In this document: piece after piece, positions 50,370-64,000 of the stretch
How the letters are laid out: each line of letters begins with the position of its first letter
Numbering within the stretch: the first letter of the stretch is position 1
Assembly: GCF_004010195.1 (NCBI RefSeq)
Contig: NC_057711.1
Location: forward strand, 73,841,399 to 73,905,398
Reading direction: 5' to 3'
DNA length: 64,000 nucleotides
Origin: Chiloscyllium plagiosum
Taxonomy: Eukaryota
The notes under the pieces: generated by a model
What the model saw: the letters and a program-made list of their open reading frames with translations, nothing else
Told to the model about the DNA's origin: nothing
Databases searched by the model: none
Made by a program: the position numbers and the translations under genes

Positions 50370-53300
50370 GGACGGGAAAAATTGTGGCTGTAAGAGCTGT
50401 TCCTTTTTTGAGGTATTTTCAGTGTTGGTGCTGATTTCTCAAATTCTAGGAGCTGTACTTTGCAAGCTATTGCATTGTTTTTGAACTTTGGAAAAAGAAG
50501 ATCAAACAATGATCCTTTAAAAAGGAGGAAGAGAGACAAAACAGTGACCACATGGGAAGTGACACAAATGGAGCAGTAAGCTTATATGGCTCTCTGACCT
50601 AGCAGTGAACCGGCACAGCTGACTGCCTCTGCTGTTTAGTTTCAAGTATTCTGGATATTGGAATTCATCTCAGAAAAATAAACAACCAGTGAAATTTAGG
50701 GCTGACCTTAGAGAAACCTGTGTAGGGGAGAACACAGCAGGGGAGCAGCTAAGTGGCTAGTTTTTAAAGTATAACTTTATTGTTCTATTTTGCAAATCTA
50801 CAATGGTGAGTAGAGTGTTTTACTTTCGATTATATGTTTTTATTGCGATCTGTCTCTTGATTAAATGTTAAAAATATAAAACATTGGTACTAAGTTAGCC
50901 CGGAGCAGTGTTTTAGAGCAGTAAGACTGTGTTGTTTTCTGCATCTGTAGCAAAAATGGCCTTTAGTAGAGTGATGTCCTCTTCCTGTAGGATATGAGAG
51001 ATTAGCAGGAGTTTCCATGTTTCTGATGATTATGTTCGCAAGAAGTATGTTTGATTGTGAATCCTATTGGATCACATGGATCGGTTAAAGCTGCAGTTAG
51101 AGGCAATAAGGAATTTGCAGGAGCTAAGAGTATGACAGATGGCAGTTGCAGGAAGGGAGATAAACCACAGATACAGTCAGGTAGATTGGTTACCTCCAGA
51201 AATGGCAGGAGATGGAGGCAGATAGTGCAGGACTCTCCTGTGGTTATCCCTATCTCAAACAATAATGTTGTTTTGGAAAATTTTGGGGGCGATGCACTCT
51301 GATTTATTTATTGTCACTTATACCAAAGTACATTGAAAATCTTTGTTTATGAGCAGTGCAGACAGATCGTAGTAAGCAAGGGTGTACAGATAAAAATGAT
51401 TTAGACAGAAGCTTCCAGGTAACATTGCTTGGGTGTGCAAGAGAGATGAACGTTAGCTAGATCAGCATCATTTGAGGCTAGAGAGACCATTTTAGGAGTC
51501 AGGGGAATGTAGCACTGACAACTAGGTTTCTGGTACCAAGACTGGCTCTAATGTAATGAGGCATTGGTTAGGTTCCAAGCGATCGATTGTGATAGGGGAC
51601 TCTCTAGTCAGAGGCACAGACAGATGTTTCTTTGGCCAAAAAGAGACATCAGAATTTTATGTTGCCTCCCTGATGCCAGGATCAGGAATATCTTAGCCAG
51701 GGTGCAGAATATTCTCAAAGTGGAGCGGGACCAGTAGGAGTCATTCTACATATTGGAACTAATGACATGGGAAAAAAAATATAGAGATGCTGAGGAGAAA
51801 ATATAGGAAGTTAGGCAGGAATTTAGAAAGTAGTCCTTGAGAATACTCTTGATTACTCCTGGTGCCACAAGCTAGTGAGGGTAGAAAAAGAATGATAAAG
51901 CAGATGAGTGCATGGCTGAGGAGCTAGGACAGGGGAGAAGGATTGACATTTTTGGATCATTGGAATCTCTTCTGGGGTAGACGTGACCTGTATAAGAAGG
52001 ATGAACTGCACCTGAATTGGAAAGGGACTAACATACTGGTGGGGAGATTTGCTAGAGCTGCTTGGAAAGATTTAAACTAGTTTGAGGGTTGGCGAGGTGG
52101 GGGTGGGGTGATTCCCAGGGAGGCAGTGAGAAAACAAGAAAGGAGATCAGTTTGAGAGTGGTACAGTGGGAAAAGGAGTGACTCAAACAATCAGGGCAAG
52201 CAGGAACAAAACAGAGAATGAAGTAGGACTGATGAACTAAAGTGCATTCATTTCAATATATGAGGCCTAACAGGTAAGGCAGATGAGCTCAGGACATGGT
52301 TAGGAAAATGAGACTGGGATATCATAGCGATTACAGAAATGTGGCTCAGGGCTGGACATGATTGGCAGCTTAATGTTCCAGTATACAAATTTTATACGAA
52401 GGATAGAAAGGGAGGCAAGAGAGGAGCATGAGTGACATTTTTGCTAAGGGATAGCATTATGGCTGTACTTAAGGAGGATATTGCTGGAAGTACATGTAGG
52501 GAAATTCTTTGGGTGAAAGTGAGAAATAAGAAAGGGATGATCATCTTATTGGGATTGTACTACAGGCCCCCCCCCCACCACCCTCATCACACCCCCAACA
52601 GTCAACGGGAAATTGAGAAGCAAACCTTTAAGGAGATCTTAGTCATCAAAGAAAAATAGGGTGGTTATGGTAGGGGATTTTAACTTTTCAAACATAGACT
52701 GGGCTTGGCTGGAGAGGATTTTACTAAGGATATACAAGGAAGTTTTCTAATTCAGTATGTGGATATATCTACTAGAGAAGTTTGAAACTTGACCTACTCT
52801 TAGGAAATAAGGCAGGGCAGGTGACTGAGGTGTCAATGGGGGAGCACTTTGGGGCCAGTAACCATAATTCTATTAGTTTGAAAATAGTGATGGAAAAAGA
52901 TAGACTGGATCTAAAAGTTGAAGTTCTAAATTGGAGGAAGGCCAAGTTAGATGATATTAGGCAAGAATTTTCAAAAGCTAACTGGAGGCAGATATCCACA
53001 GGTAAAGTGATGGTTGGAAAATGGGAAGCTTTTAAAAATGACATAACAAGTGTCTGGAGACAGCATGTTCCTGTTAGCATGAAGGGCAATGCTGGATGAC
53101 TAGAGAAACTGAGGTTTTGGTCAAGAATAAAAAGGAAGCATATGTCAGGTATAGACAGCAGAGATCGAGAGAATCCCTAGAAGTGTAGGACTGTACTTTA
53201 CAGGAAAATCAGGAGGGCAAAAAGGGACATAAGATAGCTTTGGCATATAAAATGAAGGAGAATCCAAAGGGATTCTATAAATACATTCAGGACAAAAGAG

Positions 53301-55345
53301 TAACAAGGGAGAGGATAAGGCCCTTTAAAGATCAGCAAGGCCACCTATGTATAGAACTGCAGGAGATGGGAGACATACTAAACAAATATTTTGCATCAGT
53401 AATTACTGTGGAGAAGACCATGGAAGATAGAGAAAGTGGGAAAAAAATCATGGCATCTTGAAAATTGTCCATATTGAAGAGGCTGAGGTGCTGGATATCC
53501 TAAAACGCATAAAGGTAGATAAATCCCTGGGATCTGATCAGGTGTACCCTAGAACTCTGTGAGGAAACCAGGGAAGTAATTACTAGGCTCCTTGCTGAGA
53601 TGCCTTTATAATTGATAGTCGCAGGTGAGGTCCCAGAAGACTGGAGTTTGGCTAACATGGTGCCTGTATTTAAGAAAGGTGGTAAGGAAAAGCCAGGAAA
53701 CTATAGACCGGTGAGCCTGACATCAACGGTAGGCAAGTTGTTGGAGGGAATCCTGACGGACAGGATTTACATGTATTTGGGGAGGCAAGGACTGATTAGG
53801 GATAGTCACATGATTTATGTGTGGAAAATCATGCTTCACTAACTTGACTGAGTTTTTTGAAAAAAGCAGGCAACATGGTGGCTCAGTAGTTAGCACAGTT
53901 ACTTCACAGTGCCAGGGATGTCAATTCCAGCCTTGGGCGACTGTGTGGAGTTTGCACATTCTCCCCATGTCTGTGTGGGTTTCCTCCTGGTGCTCTGGTT
54001 TTCTCTGGGTACTCTGGTTTCCCCCCAGAATCCAAAGATGTGCAGCCTAGGTGATTAACATGGAAAATGCAGGATTACAGGGATAGGGTAGGGGGCTGAC
54101 TCTGGGTGGGATGCTCTTCAGAGTCGGTGTAGACTTGTTGGGCCAAAAGGCCTGTTTCCACACTGTAGGGATTCTATCTAAAGTAACAAAGAAAATTGAT
54201 GAAGACAGAGTGCTGGAGATGATCTATAAGGAATGCAGCAAGGCGTTTGACAAGGTTTCTCATGGTAGACTGCTTAGCAAAGTTAGATCACGGAGAACTA
54301 ACCATCTGGATACAGAATTGGCTTGAAGATAGAATACAGAGGATGGTGGTGGAAGGTTGCTTTTCAGACTGGAGGCCTGTGACCAGTGATGTGCCACAAT
54401 GATTGGTGCTGGGTCCACTGCTTTTTGTCATTTATATCAACGATTTAGATGCGAATATAGGTGATATGGTTAGGAAAATTGTGGATGACATCAAAATTGG
54501 ATGTGTAGAGGAGAACGAAGAAGGTTACCTCTGAGTACAATGGGATCTTGATCAGATGGGCCAGTGGGCTGAGGATTGATAGATGGAGTTTAATTTAGAT
54601 AAATGTGAGATGCTGCATTTTGGAAAGGCAAACCAGGGCATGACTTATACGTGTAATAGTAAGGTGCCAAACAAAGAGACCTCAGAATGCAGGTTCATAG
54701 TTTATTGACTAGGAGCACCAGGTAGTTAGAATAATGAAGAAGACATTTGGTATGCTTATCTTTATTGGTCAGTGTATTGAGTATAGGAATTGGGAGGTCA
54801 TGTGTGGCTGTACAGGAGATTGGTTAGGTCACCTTTGGAATATTGCTTGCAATTCTTGTCTCCCTGTTATAGGAAAGATGTTGTGAAACTTGAAAGGGTT
54901 TAGGAATGATTTACAAGGATGTTGCCAGGGGTTGGAGAGTTTCAGCTATAGGGAGAGGCTGAATAGGCTAGAGCTATTTTCCCTGGAACATTGGAGGCTA
55001 AGGGGTGATATTATAGAAATTTATAACATTGTGAGAGGCATGGGTAGGGTGAATAGGGATGGACAGTCCAAAACTAGACAGCAGAGGTTTAAGGTGAGAA
55101 GTTAGAGATTAAAAGAGATCTAAGGGGTAGCTTTTTCATGCAGAGGGTGGTGCTTGCATGAAATAAGCTGCCAGAAGAAATGGTGGAGGCTGGTACAATT
55201 ACAACATTTAAAAGGCATCTGGATGGGTATATGAATAGGAAGGGTTTAGAGGCAAATGGGACGAGATTAATTTACGATGTCTAGTTGGCATGGATGAGTT
55301 GGACCAAAGGGTCTGTTTCTGTACTCAACAGCTCTATGACTCTCT
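50370..55345 (+). mobile_element. Near full-length decayed CR1 LINE (putative 5'UTR, ORF1 with SGNH/GDSL esterase, ORF2 APE-RT, tail)
   Basis: IVIGDSLVRGTDRCF at ~51586, HIGTND at ~51750, DLYKKDELHLNWKGT at ~51985; ORF2 motifs [36 protein letters not shown]; tail ctctatgactct. The 5' boundary is uncertain. Confidence 0.88.
53866..54178 (+). mobile_element. tRNA-derived SINE (HE1-like) inserted in the CR1 RT
   Basis: GGTGGCTCAGTAGTTAGC head; splits the CR1 LTEFFE|VTKKID motif. Confidence 0.88.
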
Positions 55346-55374
55346 AATCCTCTTGGATCCACAGAAACGTTTTT

Positions 55375-56560
55375 AAACAATGACTAGCATTTATCTTACA
55401 TCCTTTGTTGTCCATGAAAAGTTGGTGATGAGCTATCTGTTGAACTGCGTGTGACATCGATGCATTAACAAGAGAGTTTCAGGACTTTAACCCAGTGACA
55501 GGGGAGGAACAGTAATTTTGTACTGTCAGCATGGTGATTTTGAGGGGAAATTGTCGGTGTATCTATGGTCTTTCTCCTTCAACTTGTTAGGGGTTGCATA
55601 TTTGGAAGGTATTGTCAAATGAAACTTGATAAGTTGTTGCAGTGCATATGGTAAGTGGTGCACTCGTGCTGCCACCATGCCTCAGTGATGAAAGGAGGTG
55701 CTAGATGGGGTTGTAATTTGGTGGGCTTCTTTCCCCTCTCTCAAGCTTCTTGCGTATTGTTGGAGTCACAGACGTTCTGACAACTGGAGAGGGTTCCACA
55801 CAGTCCTGACTTGTAGATGGAGGACAGGCTTTGAGGAATCAGGATGTGAATTATTTGCTGCAGAATTCCCAGCCTCCCACCTGCGCTTGTAGCCACATCT
55901 ATTTCAGTTTAGTTTCTTGTCACTGATGACTTCCAAAATGTTGTCAGTGGGGATTTCAACAGTAGTAATGCCATTGAATGTCAAGGAAGAATGGCTGAAG
56001 ACTCTTTTATTAGAGATGGCCATTGTCTGGCACTTGTGTAACATGAATGTTACTTGCCGTTCAGCAGTATAATCCTAAATTTTGTTTGGATCTTGCTGCA
56101 TTTGGACGTGAACTATTTTAATTTATGAGGAATTATGAATGGTACTAATGCATTGTACAATTAGCAATGAACATTTCCACATTCTTCAAGCTAGTTAGGA
56201 CTACAACCAGGCAAATGATTTGCCCCTGATTTCTATTGACTCCAATATTTCTAAGGTCCCATGATGCCACATTTGGTTAAATTGTGCCTTGACATCAAGA
56301 TCAGTCGCCTTCACATTTTATGAGCTCAGCTGATTTTTTTTCCATGTTTCTACCGAAGCTGTAATGAGGTCAGCAGTTGAATGGATCAAGCAGAACCCAA
56401 ACTGAGTGCCAGTAAGCAGATTATTCCTTTACAAGTTGTTCTTAATTTCAAGGAGGCTGATAAGGTGGCAACTGGATGTGCTGAATTTGTTCTGATTTTT
56501 GTGGTCTGGACCTACCTGGGCAAATTGTATATCATTGGATCGATGTCGGTTAAATGACCT
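55375..56560 (-). mobile_element. Decayed LINE 3' region (family of 200-5650)
   Basis: Similar to 17340-18270 and to the reverse complement of 1250-1900 and 5130-5630. Confidence 0.6.
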
Positions 56561-58094
56561 TAATTGTGGACATTTTATGTCTGTACAATGTGTGCAAAAG
56601 TTCAATTTCCACTTCATGGTGTGACATACTCTGTATTTACTCAATTTTCTCTGGAATTATAAAGATTTTGAAGGAATATTTTAATGGTATGGTATAGGTT
56701 TGTTAATGGTATACCCATCTGAAACCTTGAAAAGCAGTTAAAATCAGTAGGCAAAGCTAATTAAAATACACTCAGTATAAAAAGAAAATTATGATAAGAT
56801 TTGAAATTAGTTTATCTTTTGAATGTACAAATTTCCTCAACTAAAGAACGAAGGGCATTTGACTCCAAAGCAAAATTGATTGCCTTAACTAAATGGTAAT
56901 AAGAGTACAAAATAACATATCAATAAACTACTCAGAACTAAAAATAAATTGAAAAGCTTGCTTAAATCCAGCTGGTTAAAATCTTATAAAGAAATAGTAA
57001 TTCCAACAATGTTGCGTATTTTAAGAAATGCCTTATAAATGTGAAAGACAGGACAAAATTCACCATTCCACCTGAATTACTTTTGTTTATATGACTAAGC
57101 ATTTAGTCTTACATCCTTTCTGACATTTATCAAGCAATTCTTTGCTGCCAACTGTTTTTGAAAAGAAATGAAGCGATCTGGCATAACAGGTCAAAGGAGG
57201 TGTTGTGTTCTGTCAGGGAAACGTGTTTTGTGATTGAATTTTAATATATCTGACATTTCTTTGAAAAATAAAACCCAGAGTAATCTGTTCAGTCTTGCTA
57301 AGTCTGTGTATGTAATGCACCAATTAAGGAGAAATCTTTATGCAAGCTCACTTATTTAAATATGAATTAATTCTGGTCAGAATCACATTTCTGTTCCTAT
57401 TCTTCTCAATTTTCACTTGCAACAACTCAAGTACTTGTTCTACACAATTTCCTCTTTTCTTTTAAAATTGCCATTCTCTCTAATACTTATCATAAAGACA
57501 GTATTATCCTGGCTCCGATTTTTATGTTCACTACGCTTTCTTGTTAGCTCTTTCATCACAACTGCTGGCCACAAATACTACTTGTGCTGTTGGTGTAGAT
57601 GAGGACAAACAGACAGAAACCTCTGATCTGGGAGGAAACTGTCATGGACAGTTAGACCTCAGCACAATGATGATGGCAAAGATCATGCAATGATAATCAG
57701 CTTTATATTCAAGCACAACCTGCTGTCTTTGAACCATCCATGCTCCACTTATCCAGCATCCAGATTATCTATTTATCTTTATTTATATGGTTGCACATAG
57801 TTATATAGATCTCTATCATTCATTTATTATGTTCTCAATTTCATTTTACTGTCTTAGTTTCATAACATTATTTTTTCCATAATCTGAGACTATTCCCATG
57901 ATTCAGGATCTTAGGATGTGAAAAAAAAGATATTTTAGATTAATACCGTTGTTTTGTATTGGATGCCGATGTTGATTGACCTATTGTGCATTTCAATTAT
58001 TTTCTGTTTTTATAAATCAATAATTCAAGCAGATGTCATGTCTATGTTTTCTTTTTGATTTGCTCACCCGCTGCAAAGAAAAATGACAGTGAGA

Positions 58095-58982
58095 TCGTAA
58101 CACCATAAGAAATAGGAAGAGGCTGTTCAGTCCCTCGAGCCATTCAATAGGATCATGCCTGGTACCACATTTCTCACATCCATGTTCCTGCATTTGCCCT
58201 GTAACCGTTGATTTCCCTACTGATCAAGAATATAACTATCTCAGCCTTAAATGTACACAAGGACTCTGCCACCACAGATCTCTGTGGTAAGGAGTTCCAA
58301 GACTCTCAAACCTCTCAGAGAAGAAATTCCTCCTCATCTCAGTCTTAAGATGGTGCCCCTTCATTCTGAGACTATGCCCTCTGGTCCTAGACACTACCAT
58401 GAGGGGAAACATCCTCTCAGCATTTACTCTGTCAAGCTCCTTATAGAATCCTATATCTTTCAATGAGATGACCTCTCATTCTTCTAGAATCCAGTAAATA
58501 GCCCAACCTATTTCAGCCTTTGCTCATAACATAATCCCTCAATACTTGGGATCATCCCAATGAACTTTTCTCAACTGCTTAGATTGAAATAACATTGATT
58601 TTTAAATAAAGGTACCAAAACTGCTCACAGTACTCTAGATGTGGCCTCATCAGCACCTTATGCAGTTGCAGTAACACTTCCCTACTCTTATACTCCAACC
58701 CCCTTGAAATGAGGGCCAACATTTCATTTGCCTTCCTGATTATCGACTGTACTGGGTGCTTGCTTTCTGTGTTGTGCAAAGGAGCACCCCCATGTCCCTC
58801 TGTAGCTCTCTGCAGTATTCCTCCATTTAAATAACATTCTCTTCTTTTGTTCTTCCTTCCAAAATGAAGAACTTTACATTTTCCCACAGTATACTTCACT
58901 TGCCAACTTCTTTGTCAATTACTTAACAAATCAATATCTCTGTAAACTGTTTGCATCCCTCTTGCAACTTGCCTTTCCACAA
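58095..58982 (-). mobile_element. CR1 LINE 3' fragment
   Basis: KCKVLHFGRKNKR...RGLEYKSREVLLQLHKVLMRPHLEYCEQFW and SRTRGHSLRMKG..KTEMRRNFFSER. Confidence 0.88.
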
Positions 58983-60021
58983 CAATAGTTTTGACTTCAT
59001 CACTATTACCAACTGATACGTTTTCTGGTATGGAAAAGATCATGAATGGATAATCAGTTTTATATTCGAGCACAGTTTGTTGCCTTTGAACTATCCATGC
59101 TCCAATTATCCAGGATCCATATTATCTGTTTGTCTTCATATGTTTGGATGTACATAGCTACATAGCTCAGCAGGGCCCTGAGCAGGACTTTTCTCCGCAG
59201 GAGACATCTAAATGTAAATGGGTAATTTTGAATCTGACCAGGGTCACTGATCCTGCTCAAACATCAGAGCTGAGAATATACATGTTGCCAAACATTAGAA
59301 AGTGGGTCTATGGAATCTCTTCTACTTGCCCACAGATACTGGTCTTTGTCTCTGCATTGCACTGAAGGGACTATTACATTGGACAGTTCCTGAAAATGGA
59401 AGTTAGACTCATGTTACCTCTTCCCATTGATTGAAATAGGCAGCATACTGACTTTGTTCCACTGGTGTATTGGAATGCAGTCTATGTGGACTGTACTGTT
59501 CATGGACTGCGTCCACCAGCAGGGAGACCAAAATTAAAATTTCCCAATGCCAAATGAATGGAAGGAATTGAATTGAATTAGCTTTATTGTGAAAAGTTTA
59601 TAAGTTGCCACTTACAGAGCCATCCTTCATTACAGAATAGAGAAATGAAGAAAAAAATAAGTTACATTACAGCTATACACAACTAACCACAATTCAGAAA
59701 AACAAGAGGCAAAGTTAAAAAGACAAACATTACAATATCTCTCCAAAGGCTTTCCACAGCAGGGGGCCTCCACGGAGTCGGACTGCTGGCTGCCACCACG
59801 CTCCACACTGGGACTACTGGCATCCCCACTCCGGCTAGTGTCTGCTGGCATTCCCATTTCAGTCACTGTGTACTGGGATCCCCGCTCCAGCCACTGTCTA
59901 TTGGTATTCCTGCTCCAGTTGCTTTTCACTGGCATCTGCACTCTGGCCGCTGTCTGTTGTTTATCATTTAAAGTGAGCTTACGTTCTGGAAGTATTGGAA
60001 GTCAAATACAGGAGACATTGA

Positions 60022-60235
60022 GCTCCAAGGCTTTCAGATACTTTACCAGAAACGTTGTTAGAGGAGGTAGCAAGCAAGAAGGATGTTCTGTGCTCGACAG
60101 ATCCAAAAGGTTCTTCTAGCACATAAACAACAAACACTAGGAGCAGCTGGTAATGGAGATTAAAGCCATGATCCAAGCCCTGAGATTTGTAGAGCCACTA
60201 AAACTGCAATGATCTCACACGAGAGGGGTCAAAGT
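60022..60235 (+). pseudogene. Second fossil Myb/SANT-like (Harbinger-type) coding fragment
   Basis: APRLSDTLPETLLEEVASKKDVLCSTDPKGSSST*, then after frameshifts EQLVMEIKAMIQALR and CNDLTR. Confidence 0.55.
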
Positions 60236-62401
60236 CAATGGATGCATCTTCGTATTCCATACCCTACAAACTGGATGACTATCCCTAGTTACAGCTCAAT
60301 ATTCCAGTCACTCACAACTCCTTCAATCAAGATCTATAAAGGAACAGAGAACCTCTGAGCCTGCTTTGCTGTTTTGACAATGGCTGGTCATCTGCTATAT
60401 TCCTGTGGTCCCCTATGTCTTTTGATGTCATTATTAAATGAAAATCTATCAATCTCTATCTTGAAATTACTTAATGAATTCAACTTCCTTGACTGTCTGG
60501 GTAGAGAACTTCAAATATTCACTAAGCTCCAGATTGTTTGGCTGCAAACCCAGAACAATCTGAAAAAATGAAACTATAAACTTTTTCTGCCCCTTCTTAG
60601 CACACAAAATGCAAACTATATAATTTCACCTTAAAGCTATACATTGTTTGGAACATTCTATCTCACTCTCAGGAAGAGACTCTACCAAGGTGTTGAACCA
60701 ATGAAGTCCTCTTTTTAACTTGCACACTTTGTTGAAATAGTTACAGACACTTTTCTCCCTTGAGTTGGAAATACCATTGTGAATTGATGAACACTTCCAC
60801 ACTTTAAGGGTTTGAAGGAATTTGACCACAATAGTGTACTTGTAGACGAGGCTGCTAACATCGCTATCTCCATAATCATATGAACTGGTTGGGCAAGTGG
60901 TGCCTGTGACTGGAATCTGAGGGAACACACTGACTAATGTGGTGGACTTGAATTGCTAATATCATAACTAATGTAATCAAAATGATAAGGACAAGATTTC
61001 CTTCTCACTGAACAGGGGGAACTAGATCTGTATCAATTTTGTTGGAATGAGCCAACATTCTTGCAGTGCAATAGTACCTTTGCATTTGAATTGTGAATTT
61101 ATGCCTCTAATAAGTTAATGTGATCCATCTATTTGTGGGTAAAGAGCATTAGTCTCTCTTTCGTTTTTGTGTTTGTTTGCTTTTCATTCTTAGCCCACAT
61201 CAGTGGCTCACAGTAATACGAAGAGAAAGAGCCCTGTCTGCAAATCCTTCCCTATCAGCACACAGCCTCCCGATCATCACCTCCTTGACTGTGACTCCTT
61301 GTGGTAACTGGTTCTTCGAGGTCCCAGACTAAAGCTGCAGAGGAACGTCCGAGGAGCTTTGTCTCCCATACATGTGGTGTGCTGGTCCACAAGTGTGTGG
61401 TCATATCCTGGTACTTATGATCCACATGCAAGATTAGCTTCACTGCCCTTTGGTTACCTCAGGACAGTAGAAGGTCAATGGACCAAGGCCTGACAAAACA
61501 AAACTGGGGCTCAATTTTACGGTCCCATTCCAGTAGGAGTGGACCTCACTGGGGGGATGGTGGGGAGTGGGCTAGGACATATCTCTAATTGTGACCCTTA
61601 GGAAGCCAATGAACGACCCACCAAACTTCAATTTTATGGCTGGCCGTAGGAACAGGAGCAGGGAGATTATTTGCAAAATGGCCCCATTCAGGCTTCAGTT
61701 TGGAAGCCTTACTTTAATGTCCTTCTTCCAATATTGAGTGTCCCCTCAACCCCTCAAGGTCTACCTCCTACAGGAACCCCCTTTCTCCACACATACCCTT
61801 ACACCCCTCTCCACCCAGTATCTCACCTCTGCCAAATAGACATCACCTCCCTAACTCAACCTGAAACCTCTGGAGCATTTGCTCTAGGTACCACTTACAA
61901 TCACAGTCCTGCCCCCTGCAGTTTTTTGGAGGGTGAGGGGCAGAAAACCACTTTCATGCAATTGATGCTCTTTGGAACAGCAGTGAGTAGCTGGGAAACA
62001 TGGTATTCTGAAAATCTTAGCCCTGGTGTGGGGACAAAGGTGGACTGACATGTAAACGCATTTCTTTTCCAGCATCTCCAGCAACCAGGATCATGTTAAT
62101 CACAGTGATTTGTTTCCTTTGGATTCAACCAGGGAAGCTGAGAAGAGACCCCAATATTTGGGTGGTCCAGGGTCTCCATAAATTTTGCTCAGGACTGCGT
62201 CCTAGAGAGATTTTATTAATAAGATATTCCTTATTAACAAGACAATGTGAACATTTTCACACATTATTTACTCTTTATATGACACTATCCAAATAAGAGA
62301 GGATATTACTCACAACGTTCCATGAGTTTGAGCTGGGCAGCTGGAATCCCCTTCCTCTCTGACATGGGTCTTGGTCTCTTCCACGACAGTGGGTCTCGCA
62401 G

Positions 62402-62644
62402 GTCAGGCTGGACCTTGTCCTGGATCTTATAAGGTTGCTGCACAGTGTTTTTCCACGACGCTTCCCTGCAGCTCTTCCCTGACAGAGTGACTTCCAGGTG
62501 TGTGTTCTTATCTCCCCTCACTAGTCAGGCTGGACCTTGTCCTGGATCTTATAAGGTGCTGCATAGTGTTTTTCCACGACGCTTCCCTGCAGCTCTTCCC
62601 TGACAGAGTGACTTCCAGGTGTGTGTTCTTATCTCCCCTCACTA
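62402..62644 (+). repeat. Tandem duplication, 122 + 121 bp
   Basis: 62402-62523 and 62524-62644 differ by one 1-bp indel and one C/T substitution. Confidence 0.95.
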
Positions 62645-62669
62645 GGACCTCTAGTGTCTTAGCCTCATT

Positions 62670-62860
62670 CTGAGGGTGTGCTGCATTATCAAAGGTACTG
62701 TGTTGCAGATGCAACATTAAAATAATGTGTCCTGTCAGGCAAATGTAAAAGATTGAAGTCCATAATGTGGAAAAAAAGAGTGAATAGGCCCCATTATGTT
62801 AATGAAAATTTATCCCTCAACCACACCACTAGAAGCAAAGAATGATCTGATGTGATAATA
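62670..62860 (+). mobile_element. Decayed Deu-domain SINE (SacSINE1/AmnSINE1-like core)
   Basis: tgagggtgtgctgcattatcaaaggt...atgtaaaagat...atttatccctcaacca resembles the Deu core as I recall it. Confidence 0.55.
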
Positions 62861-64000
62861 ACTACATAGGTTACATCATGAACAAAGTATGGGAGATATC
62901 ATGAGGGGGGCAGTTCAGCCCAGCCAGAAATGGGCATTGGGGCCTGCATCCAATTATGGGAGGAATCCCCATGATCTACTGAGGTACTCACTGCCCATCT
63001 CAAACCCCCTGATCAATAAGGCCTATTTACTTCACTATGCGGCTAGAGCTCAGAGCCTCTGATCAACAGGCAACTGGAATCCATCATACCAGGCAAACAA
63101 ACAAACAGAAAGAAGGTGATATGTCATGGAAGGATAAGCTGGAATGCCAGGATCATGTGCATGGGATTGACAAATTCTGTGCAGCTCATCGATAACATAC
63201 ACAAGATGGCCGTGATCGACATGAATTGTGATAGGCTGATAATCAACATGACTCCCTGACTCTCGCTGAGAGAAGAAAACTGAAAGAAAAACATCACACA
63301 TTCATCCTGCAGTTTAAAGGAAATATGCCACAGGGGAAAGAATGTATAGACCAGTGTAAAACCAGTATGAAACCAGTTTAGGATATACTGGCACCTGGGT
63401 TTTGATCTGATCCAATTTGGATTTGTATTGGAAGTGACCAGGTCATTGTGAAGAGAGGTAGCATCAGTTGCTATCACAACTTTTCAGCACAAACTTGCAG
63501 AGATGTCCTGCTCAAAACCCAAACTGTCTCTTTTAGTGGTTGTCTCAAGACTATTTCATTCTGCACATCGGTATTCTTCTTCTCTAACGCTCCGTGCTCT
63601 CAGATCCTGGTCCCTATATTAGATGCTCATTTTCACTCACCCTGGCCCCTTGACTCCCTATCCATATAGATCATGGCCTCTGGCCAACGAGCTTCCTTCA
63701 CTAATCCCAGATCCCGGTGATTCCTTGTTCTAACAGATGCTGGATCCCCAGCATCTGGCAGAAACCATTTGCAGAAACCATTTGCAGAACAGACCAGCTG
63801 AAGGACACAATTGTCATCACCATGCACTACAAAGTGTGTGCGATTTCATTTCCAACATTGCTGCTTGGATTCCTTAGTTCAGATCAGGATACAGTACCCA
63901 ATGCTCTTCTTTTTGTTTCTTGTTGCAGCATGACTTGCATAGACCATGGCTGCAATAAGTGATGCCCTGCCCAGCTTGGTGCAGGTGGCCAATCACCTTA

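Noticed and set aside
63734..63790. 10-bp-stem hairpin CAGATGCTGG-ATCC-CCAGCATCTG plus a 13-bp tandem repeat
   Set aside because: Too short to distinguish from chance or local slippage, although the stem word also occurs in the Penelope terminus.

Overview
Repeat-dense, AT-rich eukaryotic non-coding DNA. The repeat repertoire (CR1 LINEs, HE1-like tRNA SINEs, Deu-domain SINE, Neptune-type Penelope elements, Rex1/Babar, RTE) points to a cartilaginous fish, probably a shark (inference). I recognise no intact host protein-coding gene, and every recognisable ORF is a decayed transposon fragment. There is a 500-N scaffold gap at 7984-8483. The most notable structure is a set of Penelope-derived fold-back elements: one of ~3.2 kb and four of ~220-235 bp. 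They share an asymmetric inverted-repeat design, four of the five have 12-16 bp target-site duplications (TSDs), and they carry minimal hammerhead-ribozyme cores (CUGANGA-stem II-GAAACGUC) on both strands. Also present are two more degenerate hammerhead-bearing repeats, a TA-flanked Tigger-like MITE, two fossil Harbinger-type Myb/SANT genes (one split by a CR1), a 176-bp ungapped local duplication, a 121-bp tandem duplication, and a ~6 kb nearly TE-free, CpG-retaining block (18.4-24.4 kb) that looks regulatory. Repeat boundaries were read by eye and are approximate unless a TSD is quoted.
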